A stretch of DNA of 64,000 nucleotides, from IMG/VR virus record IMGVR_UViG_3300027852_000041. The stretch is one strand, 5' to 3'. Both the position numbers and the translations under genes were made by a program. The DNA is from a virus. Below, in pieces: positions 16,439-25,062 of the stretch. The notes under the pieces were generated by a model. The model was not told the DNA's origin. It saw only the letters and a list, made by a program, of their open reading frames with translations, and ran no database searches. Each line of letters opens with the position of its first letter. Position 1 is the first letter of the stretch.

Positions 16439-16750
16439 TTTGATAAGTGGGAATATGATTAAATAATCAGTCGATTTTAATCTTTTGCCCGTGTAAGTTG
16501 TAACCTTTTTTTTAATGAAATTTTTATCAACTAAAATGTTTTTTGTATTTGTGATTGATCTTAGAGACAGCCCGGTATTTTCTTGTAACTCATGGTCTTC
16601 GCAATAGAACCACCCGCCGTTCTTGTCTCCTTTGTATTTCTGGCTGTAAAGCTCAATAAATAGTATTCTGGCAATCGGTGGCAATGTTATGAATTCTTTG
16701 GCGTGTAATAACTCATCTATTTCTAAATTAACATATTTTTTCTTTTTCAT
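16436..16750 (-). CDS. Winged-helix DNA-binding protein (replication-initiator/organiser-like N-domain)
   Basis: 104 aa. The layout resembles the N-terminal part of the 30604..31440 protein (LSLRSITNTKNILVDKNFIKK versus LYRVIKHLVKLNFLSK). Its stop codon lies inside palindrome 4. Confidence 0.45.
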   Translation of the reverse strand: MKKKKYVNLEIDELLHAKEFITLPPIARILFIELYSQKYKGDKNGGWFYCEDHELQENTGLSLRSITNTKNILVDKNFIKKKVTTYTGKRLKSTDYLIIFPLIK

Positions 16751-16854
16751 GGTTTCCCCTGTATAGAAAAAATGAAGGGGAAGGAAAACAGCAGATACAG
16801 GCTACCATTTTAATTCCGTACCCCGTCGGGCACAACTCCCCCCCTGCTGTGTAT

Positions 16855-16968
16855 TTACTCAAGACTATCAATATAACCCAGCTTTTCCCTAAGATAAAGC
16901 CATAAAGCTTTTCCTGCCAGTTTGCCCAGCCAGTAAAGGCCCTCGAAAAACTCTAATATTGCTCTCAT
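16855..16968 (-). CDS. 37-aa hypothetical peptide
   Basis: Own translation MRAILEFFEGLYWLGKLAGKALWLYLREKLGYIDSLE. RBS AGGAAAC. Short, so weak support. Confidence 0.25.
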   Translation of the reverse strand: MRAILEFFEGLYWLGKLAGKALWLYLREKLGYIDSLE

Positions 16969-17127
16969 GCTGTTTCCTTTCTAAATATCCTACCACCTAT
17001 AGACAGCCAGCACCGAAATCACCACAATATGTTGTAAAAACGCCGTTAAGGGGGCAAGGTTGGACGATCTCGCTTCCTGACTTGTCATTATACCTCTTTA
17101 CTCTTTTTAATGGCTTATTTTGGCGGT

Positions 17128-17568
17128 TTAACCGATAAAAAGCATATCATCTGAAATAGTCCGGTTATTAACCGTGCAAACCGGGCAAATTCTCAGCCCA
17201 CCCCAAGACATAAATTTTTTGTCACACTGCCGGCAAAATCGGAACTTTCCTTCTTCCTGTGGGAGTTCAAATTCCCCGTCAACTTTTTCCCTCTCCCTTG
17301 CATCCCCCCGTGTGATCTTTTCTCGGTCCCTCTTATTTTTTTCCTGACAAACTGGGTGGCCACAGGTCCGGGCGTCTCTTCTCCCCAGGAGCAATCTTTT
17401 TTTGCAGTAAGGACACAATTTTCCCTCTTTGTTCTTGTATTTCCGGTTTTTCTTTCCCCCTCCGCTGCTATGTTGAAAAAGGCACTCCGGGTTTCCGCAG
17501 GTCTTTGCATCATGTCTATTTACAAGCGGCCTTTTCCCGCAGTAAGGACACATTTCTTTTTTACTCAT
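17128..17568 (-). CDS. Protein with duplicated zinc-ribbon modules
   Basis: CPYCGKRPLVNRHDAKTCGNPEC and CPYCKKRLLLGRRDARTCGHPVC, plus a C-terminal CRQCDKKF...CPVC. Start set to ATG 17568 (RBS GGAAGGG). Confidence 0.6.
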   Translation of the reverse strand: MSKKEMCPYCGKRPLVNRHDAKTCGNPECLFQHSSGGGKKNRKYKNKEGKLCPYCKKRLLLGRRDARTCGHPVCQEKNKRDREKITRGDAREREKVDGEFELPQEEGKFRFCRQCDKKFMSWGGLRICPVCTVNNRTISDDMLFIG

Positions 17569-17842
17569 CAACCGCCCTTCCGGATTCCCGCACCATTTTT
17601 ATTAATTTATCACAATCTTTGCCGCTCCTTCTGATTTTTTCCCTTTTGCGCTTCAGCTTGATCAATTTATCATGCCTTTTTTTTCGTATCAATTTTTGTA
17701 TATCTGAACGCAATAAAAGCTTTAACGGTGGGACTTCGAACACCTCCAATTCTGTCCGTGCTATATGGTGGTAGATATTTGTGCGCCTGCAGCCCATCAA
17801 GTCCGCTGCTTCGGGAAAACTTATGTATTTTTTCAGCTTCAT
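17561..17842 (-). CDS. Excisionase/MerR-type HTH DNA-binding protein
   Basis: 93 aa. ISFPEAADLMGCRRTNIYHHI fits the HTH_17 pattern. Basic tail. RBS GGAGGG. It is the first minus-strand gene beside the divergent control region. Confidence 0.6.
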   Translation of the reverse strand: MKLKKYISFPEAADLMGCRRTNIYHHIARTELEVFEVPPLKLLLRSDIQKLIRKKRHDKLIKLKRKREKIRRSGKDCDKLIKMVRESGRAVDE

Positions 17843-17861
17843 CTGTACCCTCCGATTTTTC

Positions 17862-17891
17862 TTGACAATATTGAATAGCTCAAGATATAAT
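17862..17891 (+). promoter_or_regulatory. Consensus sigma70-type promoter (early, rightward)
   Basis: TTGACA at 17862..17867, 18-nt spacer, TATAAT at 17886..17891. It points into the plus-strand gene block. Confidence 0.65.
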
Positions 17892-17931
17892 TAACTATAT
17901 AATAACCACTCCATAGTTGTCAATCTTTTTT

Positions 17932-18440
17932 TTACCACATATAGACACCACCTTAAAAGTGTTGCATTTTATGAAAAATATTATTACTTGTAAAGTCCCT
18001 GAAATAGCACATCTTCAGACTTTCAGCGAATTGAACTTCCCGAAAATTAAAAAAGTGTTGCAGGTTATATCTATCTATAGACATGCAATACCTTTTGAGC
18101 AAAACGATTGCAGGATTGCAACGAAAATAAGCGGTGATTTCCCAAAATTACCATATATAGACATGTCCTTTCAAGATGGGACAATTTTCCCCATGAGTAT
18201 GTTCAGCAAAGTCAATGATACCGGGGTTCTTCATATTTTCTTAAAAACAGGGACTATTTGCCATACCACATATAGTGTTCCTCTGATTTTTTGGGGAATT
18301 TTGTCCCACTTTTTTTGCTGTTTTTTGTACTCATTTTACTTGCAAATTTTAACCCACCTACATATAGACATACTAAAAAAATATAATACATTATATGGGA
18401 AAGGTGCTGTGTTGGCACGACTAATGCAATTATATAGAGG
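17932..18440 (+). repeat. Dispersed same-orientation copies of TACCACATATAGACA in the early leader
   Basis: Core ATATAGACA at 17939..17947, 18155..18163 and 18362..18370. Variants at 18075..18083 (CTATAGACA), 18270..18278 (ATATAGTGT) and 18431..18440 (TATATAGAGG). An extra copy TACCACCTATAGACA lies at 16991..17005. Confidence 0.75.
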
Positions 18441-18483
18441 TAATTGCGGGGCATGATGCCCGGCTTAACAAGGAGGAAAAGCA

Positions 18484-18888
18484 ATGGAAGAAGTAGGAAA
18501 AAGAGCAGCAAAAGTTATTGATGTTTTAGTAGAGGGGCTGACTTATTCAGATGACAACAGCAGCAGAAAGATTGATAATTCCTCTTCTATGGCGGTACAC
18601 GTTGAAATAATCGGCACTGTCGGAAACGCCAAAGACCTCATCAGCATTGCCCATTATTATGAGCAAAATGGCGACCTGATGCGTGATCCCGACATGGTTT
18701 TTTTACGGGCGGCTCCTTCCCGATATTATCCTGTTTCCTTTCAACAAGATGGAGGAGTCCCGACTTTTCAGGAAGCAATTTTATTCGAGGACGGAAATCT
18801 TAAGAGTTTCAGAAAAACGCTAGGCCGGCAATTGGTATCATTCGCAAATAAATGGATGGTGAACATTAAAGCGCAGCAAAATCTTTAG
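18484..18888 (+). CDS. First early gene, unknown function
   Basis: 134 aa. RBS AGGAGG. The motif HYYEQNGDLMRDPDM recalls a conserved plasmid/phage leading-region family, but this is unverified. Confidence 0.65.
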   Translation: MEEVGKRAAKVIDVLVEGLTYSDDNSSRKIDNSSSMAVHVEIIGTVGNAKDLISIAHYYEQNGDLMRDPDMVFLRAAPSRYYPVSFQQDGGVPTFQEAILFEDGNLKSFRKTLGRQLVSFANKWMVNIKAQQNL

Positions 18889-18913
18889 AAAAATTTAATT
18901 AAGGAGAAATAAA

Positions 18914-19246
18914 GTGAAAAAAGCTGCAATTTTGGAACACTGGCAAGCAATTGAAGAAGGGCAGCCGATAGAAATGGAAATGGTCCCCTATAAACACACG
19001 GGCAGCACCTATGCCGAGGACGGCATAAGATTAACCGGGACTATGGCTTTTATTGATTCAGTCCTGTCGAATCTCAAACCATTGCTGAAGGCCGAAAACG
19101 GCAGCACCAGACTACAGCTTAATTATCAGGAATCAAAGGACAGAGAAACCGGGGAGCCTACAGGCTCATATAACTGCTATATCCAGGTTCATGAAAGAGG
19201 CGGGGAAGCAAAACATTTTAACAGAATGAGAGCTAATTTACTTTAA
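18914..19246 (+). CDS. Hypothetical early protein
   Basis: 110 aa. GTG start with RBS AAGGAG. Confidence 0.55.
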   Translation: MKKAAILEHWQAIEEGQPIEMEMVPYKHTGSTYAEDGIRLTGTMAFIDSVLSNLKPLLKAENGSTRLQLNYQESKDRETGEPTGSYNCYIQVHERGGEAKHFNRMRANLL

Positions 19247-19260
19247 GGGAGAGAAAGCCA

Positions 19261-19566
19261 ATGGAAAAAATTAATATATTTGCTCAAAAACTTTCTGGGC
19301 AAACAAAAGAAAGGATTGAAAAATTATATCCTATGTTAAGCGCATACCATGAGGCCAGAGTAAAAATAGTTCCCGGCAAAAAATATATTAAAGTAGATAT
19401 AGGAGGATCAGGAAAATACATGGTTGATAAACAAGGGAACATCTATGGAATCAAAGGTTATGGAGTTATCAACAAAAAGAAACAATTCGGGGACCTGGAC
19501 ACCATTGAAGAATATTTTTGGGGGGGTTATTCTCCTGTTAAAGTTTCCGATAAGGAGGGAAAATAA
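19261..19566 (+). CDS. Hypothetical early protein
   Basis: 101 aa. RBS GGGAGAG. Confidence 0.55.
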   Translation: MEKINIFAQKLSGQTKERIEKLYPMLSAYHEARVKIVPGKKYIKVDIGGSGKYMVDKQGNIYGIKGYGVINKKKQFGDLDTIEEYFWGGYSPVKVSDKEGK

Positions 19567-19784
19567 TGACTACTGCCGAGCAAAAAACTTTTATTGTAGA
19601 AGTTATAGAAGATATTAAAAAAGGCTTGCTAAGAAGAGCCGAGCAATACCCTGACAACTGGGACGGGGCAGAATTGAGGTGGCTAATCCGGGATAAGTTC
19701 AGCGAGGTTGTTTTTCCTCACCACGATAAAAATTCACCAAGAAAAAAAGAGTATAAAAATGAGGTTTTAATTAATAATTTTTAA
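19566..19784 (+). CDS. Hypothetical early protein
   Basis: 72 aa. ATGA overlap with the upstream stop. RBS AAGGAGGG. Confidence 0.55.
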   Translation: MTTAEQKTFIVEVIEDIKKGLLRRAEQYPDNWDGAELRWLIRDKFSEVVFPHHDKNSPRKKEYKNEVLINNF

Positions 19785-19796
19785 GGAGAAAAAACA

Positions 19797-20222
19797 ATGA
19801 GAACAAGAAACGAAAAAACAGGCCGGTATCAATCAGTAAGTCTCCCAGCGCACAAAGAAGAAGGCGATTTTCCGGGCGGCGGGAAATGGACGATTGAGCG
19901 GGTCAGGCAACAAGTGCCGGATAAAGGGGATCATGTAATCATAAGGGGAATGATTTACCTCTTAGCGGAGGGAGACAACGCACGGAGATTAGACCACGCC
20001 ATAATTTTTGGCAACCGTGCCCGGATTATAGATGAAGGTTTATATTCGAATTGGGGTTTGCCTGGGGAAAAAGAAGGGTATAGGGGAAGCACTTTTTTAG
20101 TAGAAGCCGCAACTTGGAAAAAAGGGTTTGCCCAAGCCAAAGAAAGAATCGCCGCTGAAGCAAATGTCTTGAGTACGATAATTGATGCCAGGGTAAAGGC
20201 CCTGGAAGATGCGGAACTATAA
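19797..20222 (+). CDS. Hypothetical early protein
   Basis: 141 aa. RBS AAGGAG. Confidence 0.55.
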   Translation: MRTRNEKTGRYQSVSLPAHKEEGDFPGGGKWTIERVRQQVPDKGDHVIIRGMIYLLAEGDNARRLDHAIIFGNRARIIDEGLYSNWGLPGEKEGYRGSTFLVEAATWKKGFAQAKERIAAEANVLSTIIDARVKALEDAEL

Positions 20223-20242
20223 AAAACAATCGGAGGAGAAAA

Positions 20243-20467
20243 ATGAAAACATTGAATTTTAAATCATTAGCAGGGGAAAACTATTGTTTAACTCACCCCC
20301 TGTCAAAACCTGGGAATCATGGCAGATATAGGAATTTGCGTGTTACGGGAGTACCTTTAGATACGGACGCTGCTGAAGTCCAAACTTTGGTCAATTCAAT
20401 GGCATTCCTGGACGTTTTTGAAGTAAAATTTAGGGAACTGGCGCTATGTGGAATCCTGAGAAAATAA
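20243..20467 (+). CDS. Hypothetical early protein
   Basis: 74 aa. RBS GGAGGAG. Confidence 0.5.
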   Translation: MKTLNFKSLAGENYCLTHPLSKPGNHGRYRNLRVTGVPLDTDAAEVQTLVNSMAFLDVFEVKFRELALCGILRK

Positions 20468-20530
20468 CATTGGTGATGATGGGCAGTTTTCCCAAGTGGT
20501 AATTTAAGATTTTTAAAGGAGAAAAAATTT

Positions 20531-20776
20531 ATGAGAAAATTAATTGAGGATATCGTATATAAAAACTTTAAGTATGGGCTTAGTGAGATGTCCAGGTTGG
20601 ACAGGGGATCGGAATTGGATAGATACCTTGAGCCTATGAATGATATGGACTGGAAGGAGAGGAAGCAGTGGGCATCCAACTCAAGGCTGAAAGAAATTAA
20701 GAGGTTGATAGAACTACTAAGCGATAAACAGCTACTTGATTGCCTGACCGAGCAACATTGCGAACAGTTTAGATAA
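20531..20776 (+). CDS. Hypothetical early protein
   Basis: 81 aa. RBS AAGGAG. Confidence 0.5.
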   Translation: MRKLIEDIVYKNFKYGLSEMSRLDRGSELDRYLEPMNDMDWKERKQWASNSRLKEIKRLIELLSDKQLLDCLTEQHCEQFR

Positions 20777-20794
20777 ATAAAAAGGAGTTAACCA

Positions 20795-20995
20795 GTGGGC
20801 GCGGCAAAAAGAAGAGGCACTTTTGAGGAAAGAAAGGCATTAGCGATAAAACGTGATGCAGGGAAAAAGCCTGTTGGGCGGAAGAAAAGAAGGACGTCAC
20901 CAGCCGGGAATCTTATGGCTACGGTGACAGCACTTAGCACAACAAATTTGAACGATAGGCTTTTCTATTACATAAACCCAAGGAGGAACACATGA
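20795..20995 (+). CDS. Basic hypothetical protein
   Basis: 66 aa. GTG start with RBS AAGGAG. Its stop overlaps the next start. Confidence 0.45.
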   Translation: MGAAKRRGTFEERKALAIKRDAGKKPVGRKKRRTSPAGNLMATVTALSTTNLNDRLFYYINPRRNT

Positions 20996-21315
20996 AAATA
21001 GCAATTATCGGCTCAACTGCATACGCAAAAAAAATGGACGCCCACAGGGTACTACTGAAAAAGGCCGGGCACGAGGTTTTAATCCCCTTTTTTGATGATG
21101 ATGATCCGGATATCTTGGCAGTATGCATGGGAAACCGGGACAACATCAAGGCGGCAGATAGAATCGATATTTTTTGGGATCAGCGTTCAATCGGTACAAT
21201 TTTAGATTTCGGCATGGCGTTTGCTCTTGAAAAGCCGATTAAGTTAATTTATGTTGAGAAGAAAACTATCTTGGAAGTCATGCAAAGATATGAGCAAGAG
21301 AAAGGAGGAGCATAA
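20992..21315 (+). CDS. Nucleoside 2-deoxyribosyltransferase-like (Rossmann-like) protein
   Basis: 107 aa. N-terminal MKIAIIGS and a C-terminal IGTILDFGMAFALEKPI resembling the GT.(E/D).G.A...KP signature of the NDT/DUF4406 superfamily. Recognised by eye only. Confidence 0.4.
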   Translation: MKIAIIGSTAYAKKMDAHRVLLKKAGHEVLIPFFDDDDPDILAVCMGNRDNIKAADRIDIFWDQRSIGTILDFGMAFALEKPIKLIYVEKKTILEVMQRYEQEKGGA

Positions 21316-21626
21316 TGATTTTTTTGATAATTGGTTTATCGGGGCTGGGATTGTTTCTTTTTATGCTGAAGCGGCGGAACACACGAGTATTAGAAGAATG
21401 TATCCGGGTACAAAATGTAGTGGATGCCTTAGCGAAAAAAGACATTGCCCGTGATCTTCCCTGGGAATGGCGATATGACAGCTTTGAATCCATGTCATAC
21501 GACAAAATGCTTTACGAGTTCTGGAAACCTGTTAAATCTTACTTTAAGAACTCTCCTTGTTGCCAGGAATCCCCTGAAATCAATAAAAGAAAGGAGGAGC
21601 AACGAAATGACACCGCAAGCAGCTAA
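21315..21626 (+). CDS. Membrane-anchored hypothetical protein
   Basis: 103 aa. N-terminal TM MIFLIIGLSGLGLFLFML. RBS AGGAGGAG. Confidence 0.5.
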   Translation: MIFLIIGLSGLGLFLFMLKRRNTRVLEECIRVQNVVDALAKKDIARDLPWEWRYDSFESMSYDKMLYEFWKPVKSYFKNSPCCQESPEINKRKEEQRNDTASS

Positions 21627-21789
21627 ACAAGAGGAACCCCAGTGTATTTACCACGGATTTCCCATCACGATTAAGTTTTACTTAGAAAGCGTGGAATACT
21701 GGATAGGCCCGAACTACATGGGTCGCTTCACCAAGGAGAGTGAAACCGGAAGAATTTTAATGGAATGGAGGGAAAATGAAGAAAAATAA
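21607..21789 (+). CDS. Hypothetical protein
   Basis: 60 aa from ATG 21607 (RBS AAGGAGGAG). The longer track ORF 21445..21789 was rejected. Confidence 0.45.
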   Translation: MTPQAAKQEEPQCIYHGFPITIKFYLESVEYWIGPNYMGRFTKESETGRILMEWRENEEK

Positions 21790-22138
21790 AAACATGCGCA
21801 ACGTGCTGGACTCGCAAGAAAAATACCTGAAGTCCTCCCAGCTTTGGCCGAAAAGGATTATGTGGCTAATTATGGGAGCATTGATAGGTGCTGGGGTAAT
21901 GTTATCGCTATTAATTACCCTACAAGAAGAAACAACCTTTGAGCAGGGCACGCAAGCCCTAAGAATGGCCGGCATTGAACACATAGAGGTAAGGAAAGGG
22001 TTATGGGGGCCAGCGCTCTACGACCCCCGTATGGAAGTCCAGAAAGGCCGTTGTTTTGATAGTGTGGAGGATGCGGTTCAAGCGGCACTGGCAGGGGAGC
22101 GACCGTCAAAGATGGAAGTGGTGGAAAATAAAAACTAA
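21776..22138 (+). CDS. Single-TM hypothetical protein
   Basis: 120 aa. TM segment IMWLIMGALIGAGVMLSLLI. RBS GGAGGG. Confidence 0.5.
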   Translation: MKKNKNMRNVLDSQEKYLKSSQLWPKRIMWLIMGALIGAGVMLSLLITLQEETTFEQGTQALRMAGIEHIEVRKGLWGPALYDPRMEVQKGRCFDSVEDAVQAALAGERPSKMEVVENKN

Positions 22139-22153
22139 AAAGGAGAAATACTC

Positions 22154-22447
22154 ATGGACATTAAAAAATTTCAGTACCCAAAACCCAGCTTTTGCACAAA
22201 AACAAATCGAAAACTATTGGCCGAGGCTGAAAAGCGAGGGTTTTATAACGGAGATACAGAATATAACAAATTGTTTAATAATTTGTTTTTTAACGGTGGG
22301 GAGTTAAAATTTAAGCCTGATTTAGATAAAAAGTTCAAGCAAGCAGCTTTGCCCTACCTAAAATCTTTTATGGCATCATTTGAACCAAAACACGAAGAAA
22401 AGGAAGCCATCTCGGCGTTGCTCCTGTCAGAGTTAGTGGTTGTATAA
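22154..22447 (+). CDS. Hypothetical protein
   Basis: 97 aa. RBS AAGGAG. Confidence 0.5.
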   Translation: MDIKKFQYPKPSFCTKTNRKLLAEAEKRGFYNGDTEYNKLFNNLFFNGGELKFKPDLDKKFKQAALPYLKSFMASFEPKHEEKEAISALLLSELVVV

Positions 22448-22468
22448 AAACTAAAAAGGAAGCAAAAA

Positions 22469-22690
22469 ATGAAAAGTCTTGCAGAGAAAATACTGTACCT
22501 GAATGAAGTTTGCAAAGACTCAATCGTGATTGAAAAATATGTGCTTTGGGAAGTGCATTCTTACCAGGACGGGAGTTTGTTGCGTTTAAAAAACAAGCAG
22601 AAGCATAAAGACATAGAAACAGCCATTGATATGGCCGTTGAATTTTGCGAACAAAAACTAAAGGAGGAAAAAAATGTCATTAACACTTGA
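22469..22690 (+). CDS. Hypothetical protein
   Basis: 73 aa. RBS AAGGAAG. Confidence 0.5.
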   Translation: MKSLAEKILYLNEVCKDSIVIEKYVLWEVHSYQDGSLLRLKNKQKHKDIETAIDMAVEFCEQKLKEEKNVINT

Positions 22691-23603
22691 GCAATTAAAA
22701 GAACGGCAGAAGGGTATAGGCGGCAGCGACAGCCCTGTGATTATGGGAGTCAGCCCGTTTAAAAATATTGATAAATTGTATCTGGAAAAACGGGGGTTAG
22801 TATATGAAGAAACAGAAACGCCGGTAATGAAAAGGGGGTCCGCCCTTGAACCTCTTGTTGCTGATATGTACCGGGAGGAAACGGGAAGAGAAATAAGCGT
22901 AGAAAAGAAGCTTTTACGCCATCCTCAACTTGATTTTCTTATCGGGAATATCGACCGGAAAATTATGGACTTGGAAAAAGGGGAAGGTGTTCTTGAAATT
23001 AAATGCCCCGGCCTTCAGGTTTTCGGTAAATGCAAAAGGGAAGGATTGCCGGATTATTATCAAATTCAAAAACAACATTATCTCGCTGTTACTGGCTTGG
23101 AATGGGGGGCCTTTGCCGTTTTTAACGCTGAACAGTGGGAGTTAATCCATTTTGATGTTGAGCGAGATGACGAATTGATTGACCTCATTATCGAAAAGGA
23201 CGCAAAATTTTGGGAGATGGTGAAAGCCGGAACCCCGCCGCCGGAAGAAGAACCGGCTATTGATTTGCCTGCCATTGGCGGAGATTTGGTGCAGGTAACA
23301 AGCCCGGAATGGGAGGAGGCGATAACTGATTTTGTGGAAGCCAGGGCGATTAGGCAGGAATGGGAAGAGCTTGAAAAAGTGGCAAAAGGGAAGCTTACGG
23401 GAATGATGGAAGCTGAAGGGGCTGGGGTTATAGAAGGGTTTAATTTCCGGGGATATTACAAATATCAAGCCGGACGGACAACTTTTGACAAGAAAAAACT
23501 TATCTCTGAACACCCGGAAATTGTTCTAAGCCAGTATGAAAAAAAAGGGAAGCCGTTTAAGGCATTTAGGCCATACATTTTAAAAGGAGGAAGCCATGAA
23601 TAA
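22674..23603 (+). CDS. YqaJ-type (lambda-Exo-like) recombination exonuclease
   Basis: 309 aa. N-terminal RQKGIGGSDSPVIMGVSPFKN is the classic YqaJ signature. PD-(D/E)xK-like GNIDRKI...LEIKC. Confidence 0.8.
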   Translation: MSLTLEQLKERQKGIGGSDSPVIMGVSPFKNIDKLYLEKRGLVYEETETPVMKRGSALEPLVADMYREETGREISVEKKLLRHPQLDFLIGNIDRKIMDLEKGEGVLEIKCPGLQVFGKCKREGLPDYYQIQKQHYLAVTGLEWGAFAVFNAEQWELIHFDVERDDELIDLIIEKDAKFWEMVKAGTPPPEEEPAIDLPAIGGDLVQVTSPEWEEAITDFVEARAIRQEWEELEKVAKGKLTGMMEAEGAGVIEGFNFRGYYKYQAGRTTFDKKKLISEHPEIVLSQYEKKGKPFKAFRPYILKGGSHE

Positions 23604-25050
23604 TGAAGAAATGGGACAATTGGCAGTATTAAAAAAACCTGAGTTTTCTTTGGCGCAATCTGACCCGGCTGCTGTTGCTGCGGCTGAAACGGCGAAAGCC
23701 AGGATACAATCAGCTTTTTTGATGGCATTGCACAAGCCCCGGAACGCTGACCAGGCCAGAATCAATATTCTGGAAGCTTGCAAAAGACCTATTTTCGCGG
23801 AAAGGGTTGAGTTCAGCAAGCCCGTAGGTGGAAAAAAAATTAAGGGTCCATCCATCCGATTTGCTGAATTAGCAATCAGGGAATGGGGGAATGTTCTCAC
23901 GGAAACCCAAGTAGTTTTTGAAGATGATTCTTCCAGGAGGGTAAAATTGTTCGTAACTGACTTGGAATCTAACACAAGCCATAGCAAGGAAATTGTTGTT
24001 GCTAAAACTATTGAGCGCAAATATCCCCCGAAAGATAGGGAAATTTTCAAAGAAAGAACCAACACGAAAGGGGAAAAGGTTTATATCGTAGAGGCCACAG
24101 ATGATGAATTGCATAATAAAGAAGCTGCTCTGATTTCAAAGGCGTTGAGAAATGAAGGCTTGCGCCTGATTCCAAGCGATATCATTGACGAAGGGATTAT
24201 GATTGCAAAAGAGACTTTGGGGAAAAAAGATTCGGAAGACCCGCTTGCTGCCAAAAAAATACTTTTCGATGGTTTTGCCGGGATAGGAATAAAGCCAAAG
24301 GATATTGAACAATACCTGAAGCACAAAGCAGAGACTATCAGCCCGGCAGAAATGCAGGATTTGAGGGGAATGTATAGGGCGATTAAAGATGGAGAAGCAA
24401 GCTGGAACGATTATATTAACCCGGAAGAAATTGAACAAAAAACTGAGGCTAAAAAGGAAGCACTCAAGGAAAAACTCAAAAAGGGAAAGGAGGCTAAAGC
24501 GCAACCGGCCCAAGAAGGGGAGGGGTTGCCTCTTGCCGAGGAACTAATAAAAGCAATTTCAGAAACCACGGCAGACAGACACCTCGACAACTGGTTCGGA
24601 AAACACAAGAAAGAAATTGATGCTCGCCCGGAAGCAGAAAAAGCAAAAATCATGGCAGTGTTTGGGGAGAAAAAGGAGAGCTTTAAGGCCCCCCACAAAG
24701 AAGAACCTCCCCAAGAGACTGAAAATTCTATCAGCTGCCCCAACAGAAAGGATGCCATGATTAGCAAAACTTTCTGTGAAAAATGCAGCGGGAGAAAAGG
24801 TTGCCCGTCTTGGGAAGTAAAAGATGCCGCCAAATATAAAACAATGGCCGAAGGGATTGCACACGAATTTAATGGCGCCACAAAAAAATCTTTCAAGAAT
24901 CTTCTGGGGAACAACGACAAAAATATTGAGCTACTACTGGAAACAAGTCTTCCATCCTGGCTGATTGTGGAGGATGCGATTAACGCAGCAAGAAACCGGC
25001 TGGGGATAGAAGAGGTGAAAAAGGAAGAATTTGAAACGTCTTTAATTTAA
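23596..25050 (+). CDS. Putative single-strand annealing protein with a long C-terminal extension carrying a Cys cluster
   Basis: 484 aa. The call rests mainly on synteny (directly after the exonuclease) and an N-terminal 200-aa domain. C-terminal CPNRKDAMISKTFCEKCSGRKGCPSW. Confidence 0.45.
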   Translation: MNNEEMGQLAVLKKPEFSLAQSDPAAVAAAETAKARIQSAFLMALHKPRNADQARINILEACKRPIFAERVEFSKPVGGKKIKGPSIRFAELAIREWGNVLTETQVVFEDDSSRRVKLFVTDLESNTSHSKEIVVAKTIERKYPPKDREIFKERTNTKGEKVYIVEATDDELHNKEAALISKALRNEGLRLIPSDIIDEGIMIAKETLGKKDSEDPLAAKKILFDGFAGIGIKPKDIEQYLKHKAETISPAEMQDLRGMYRAIKDGEASWNDYINPEEIEQKTEAKKEALKEKLKKGKEAKAQPAQEGEGLPLAEELIKAISETTADRHLDNWFGKHKKEIDARPEAEKAKIMAVFGEKKESFKAPHKEEPPQETENSISCPNRKDAMISKTFCEKCSGRKGCPSWEVKDAAKYKTMAEGIAHEFNGATKKSFKNLLGNNDKNIELLLETSLPSWLIVEDAINAARNRLGIEEVKKEEFETSLI

Positions 25051-25062
25051 AAGGAGGTAAGC

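Noticed and set aside
17561-17842. Excisionase-type HTH genes (also 30447..30617), considered as evidence of a lysogeny module.
   Set aside because: No integrase or recombinase, repressor pair or att-like site is visible in the window. These HTH proteins more likely act as transcription regulators.
17932-18440. ToxI-like type III antitoxin repeat array.
   Set aside because: Only about 15 nt are conserved per unit and the spacing is irregular (70-136 nt). The repeats are not tandem, and no ToxN/AbiQ-like gene follows.
17917-18456. 179-aa ORF that stays open across the whole early leader.
   Set aside because: It has a TTG start without an RBS. The repeated TACCACATATAGACA motif falls in two different frames of the ORF (H-I-D versus Y-R-H / Y-S), so conservation is at nucleotide level. 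The composition is not protein-like. I kept it only as a caveat in the leader finding.
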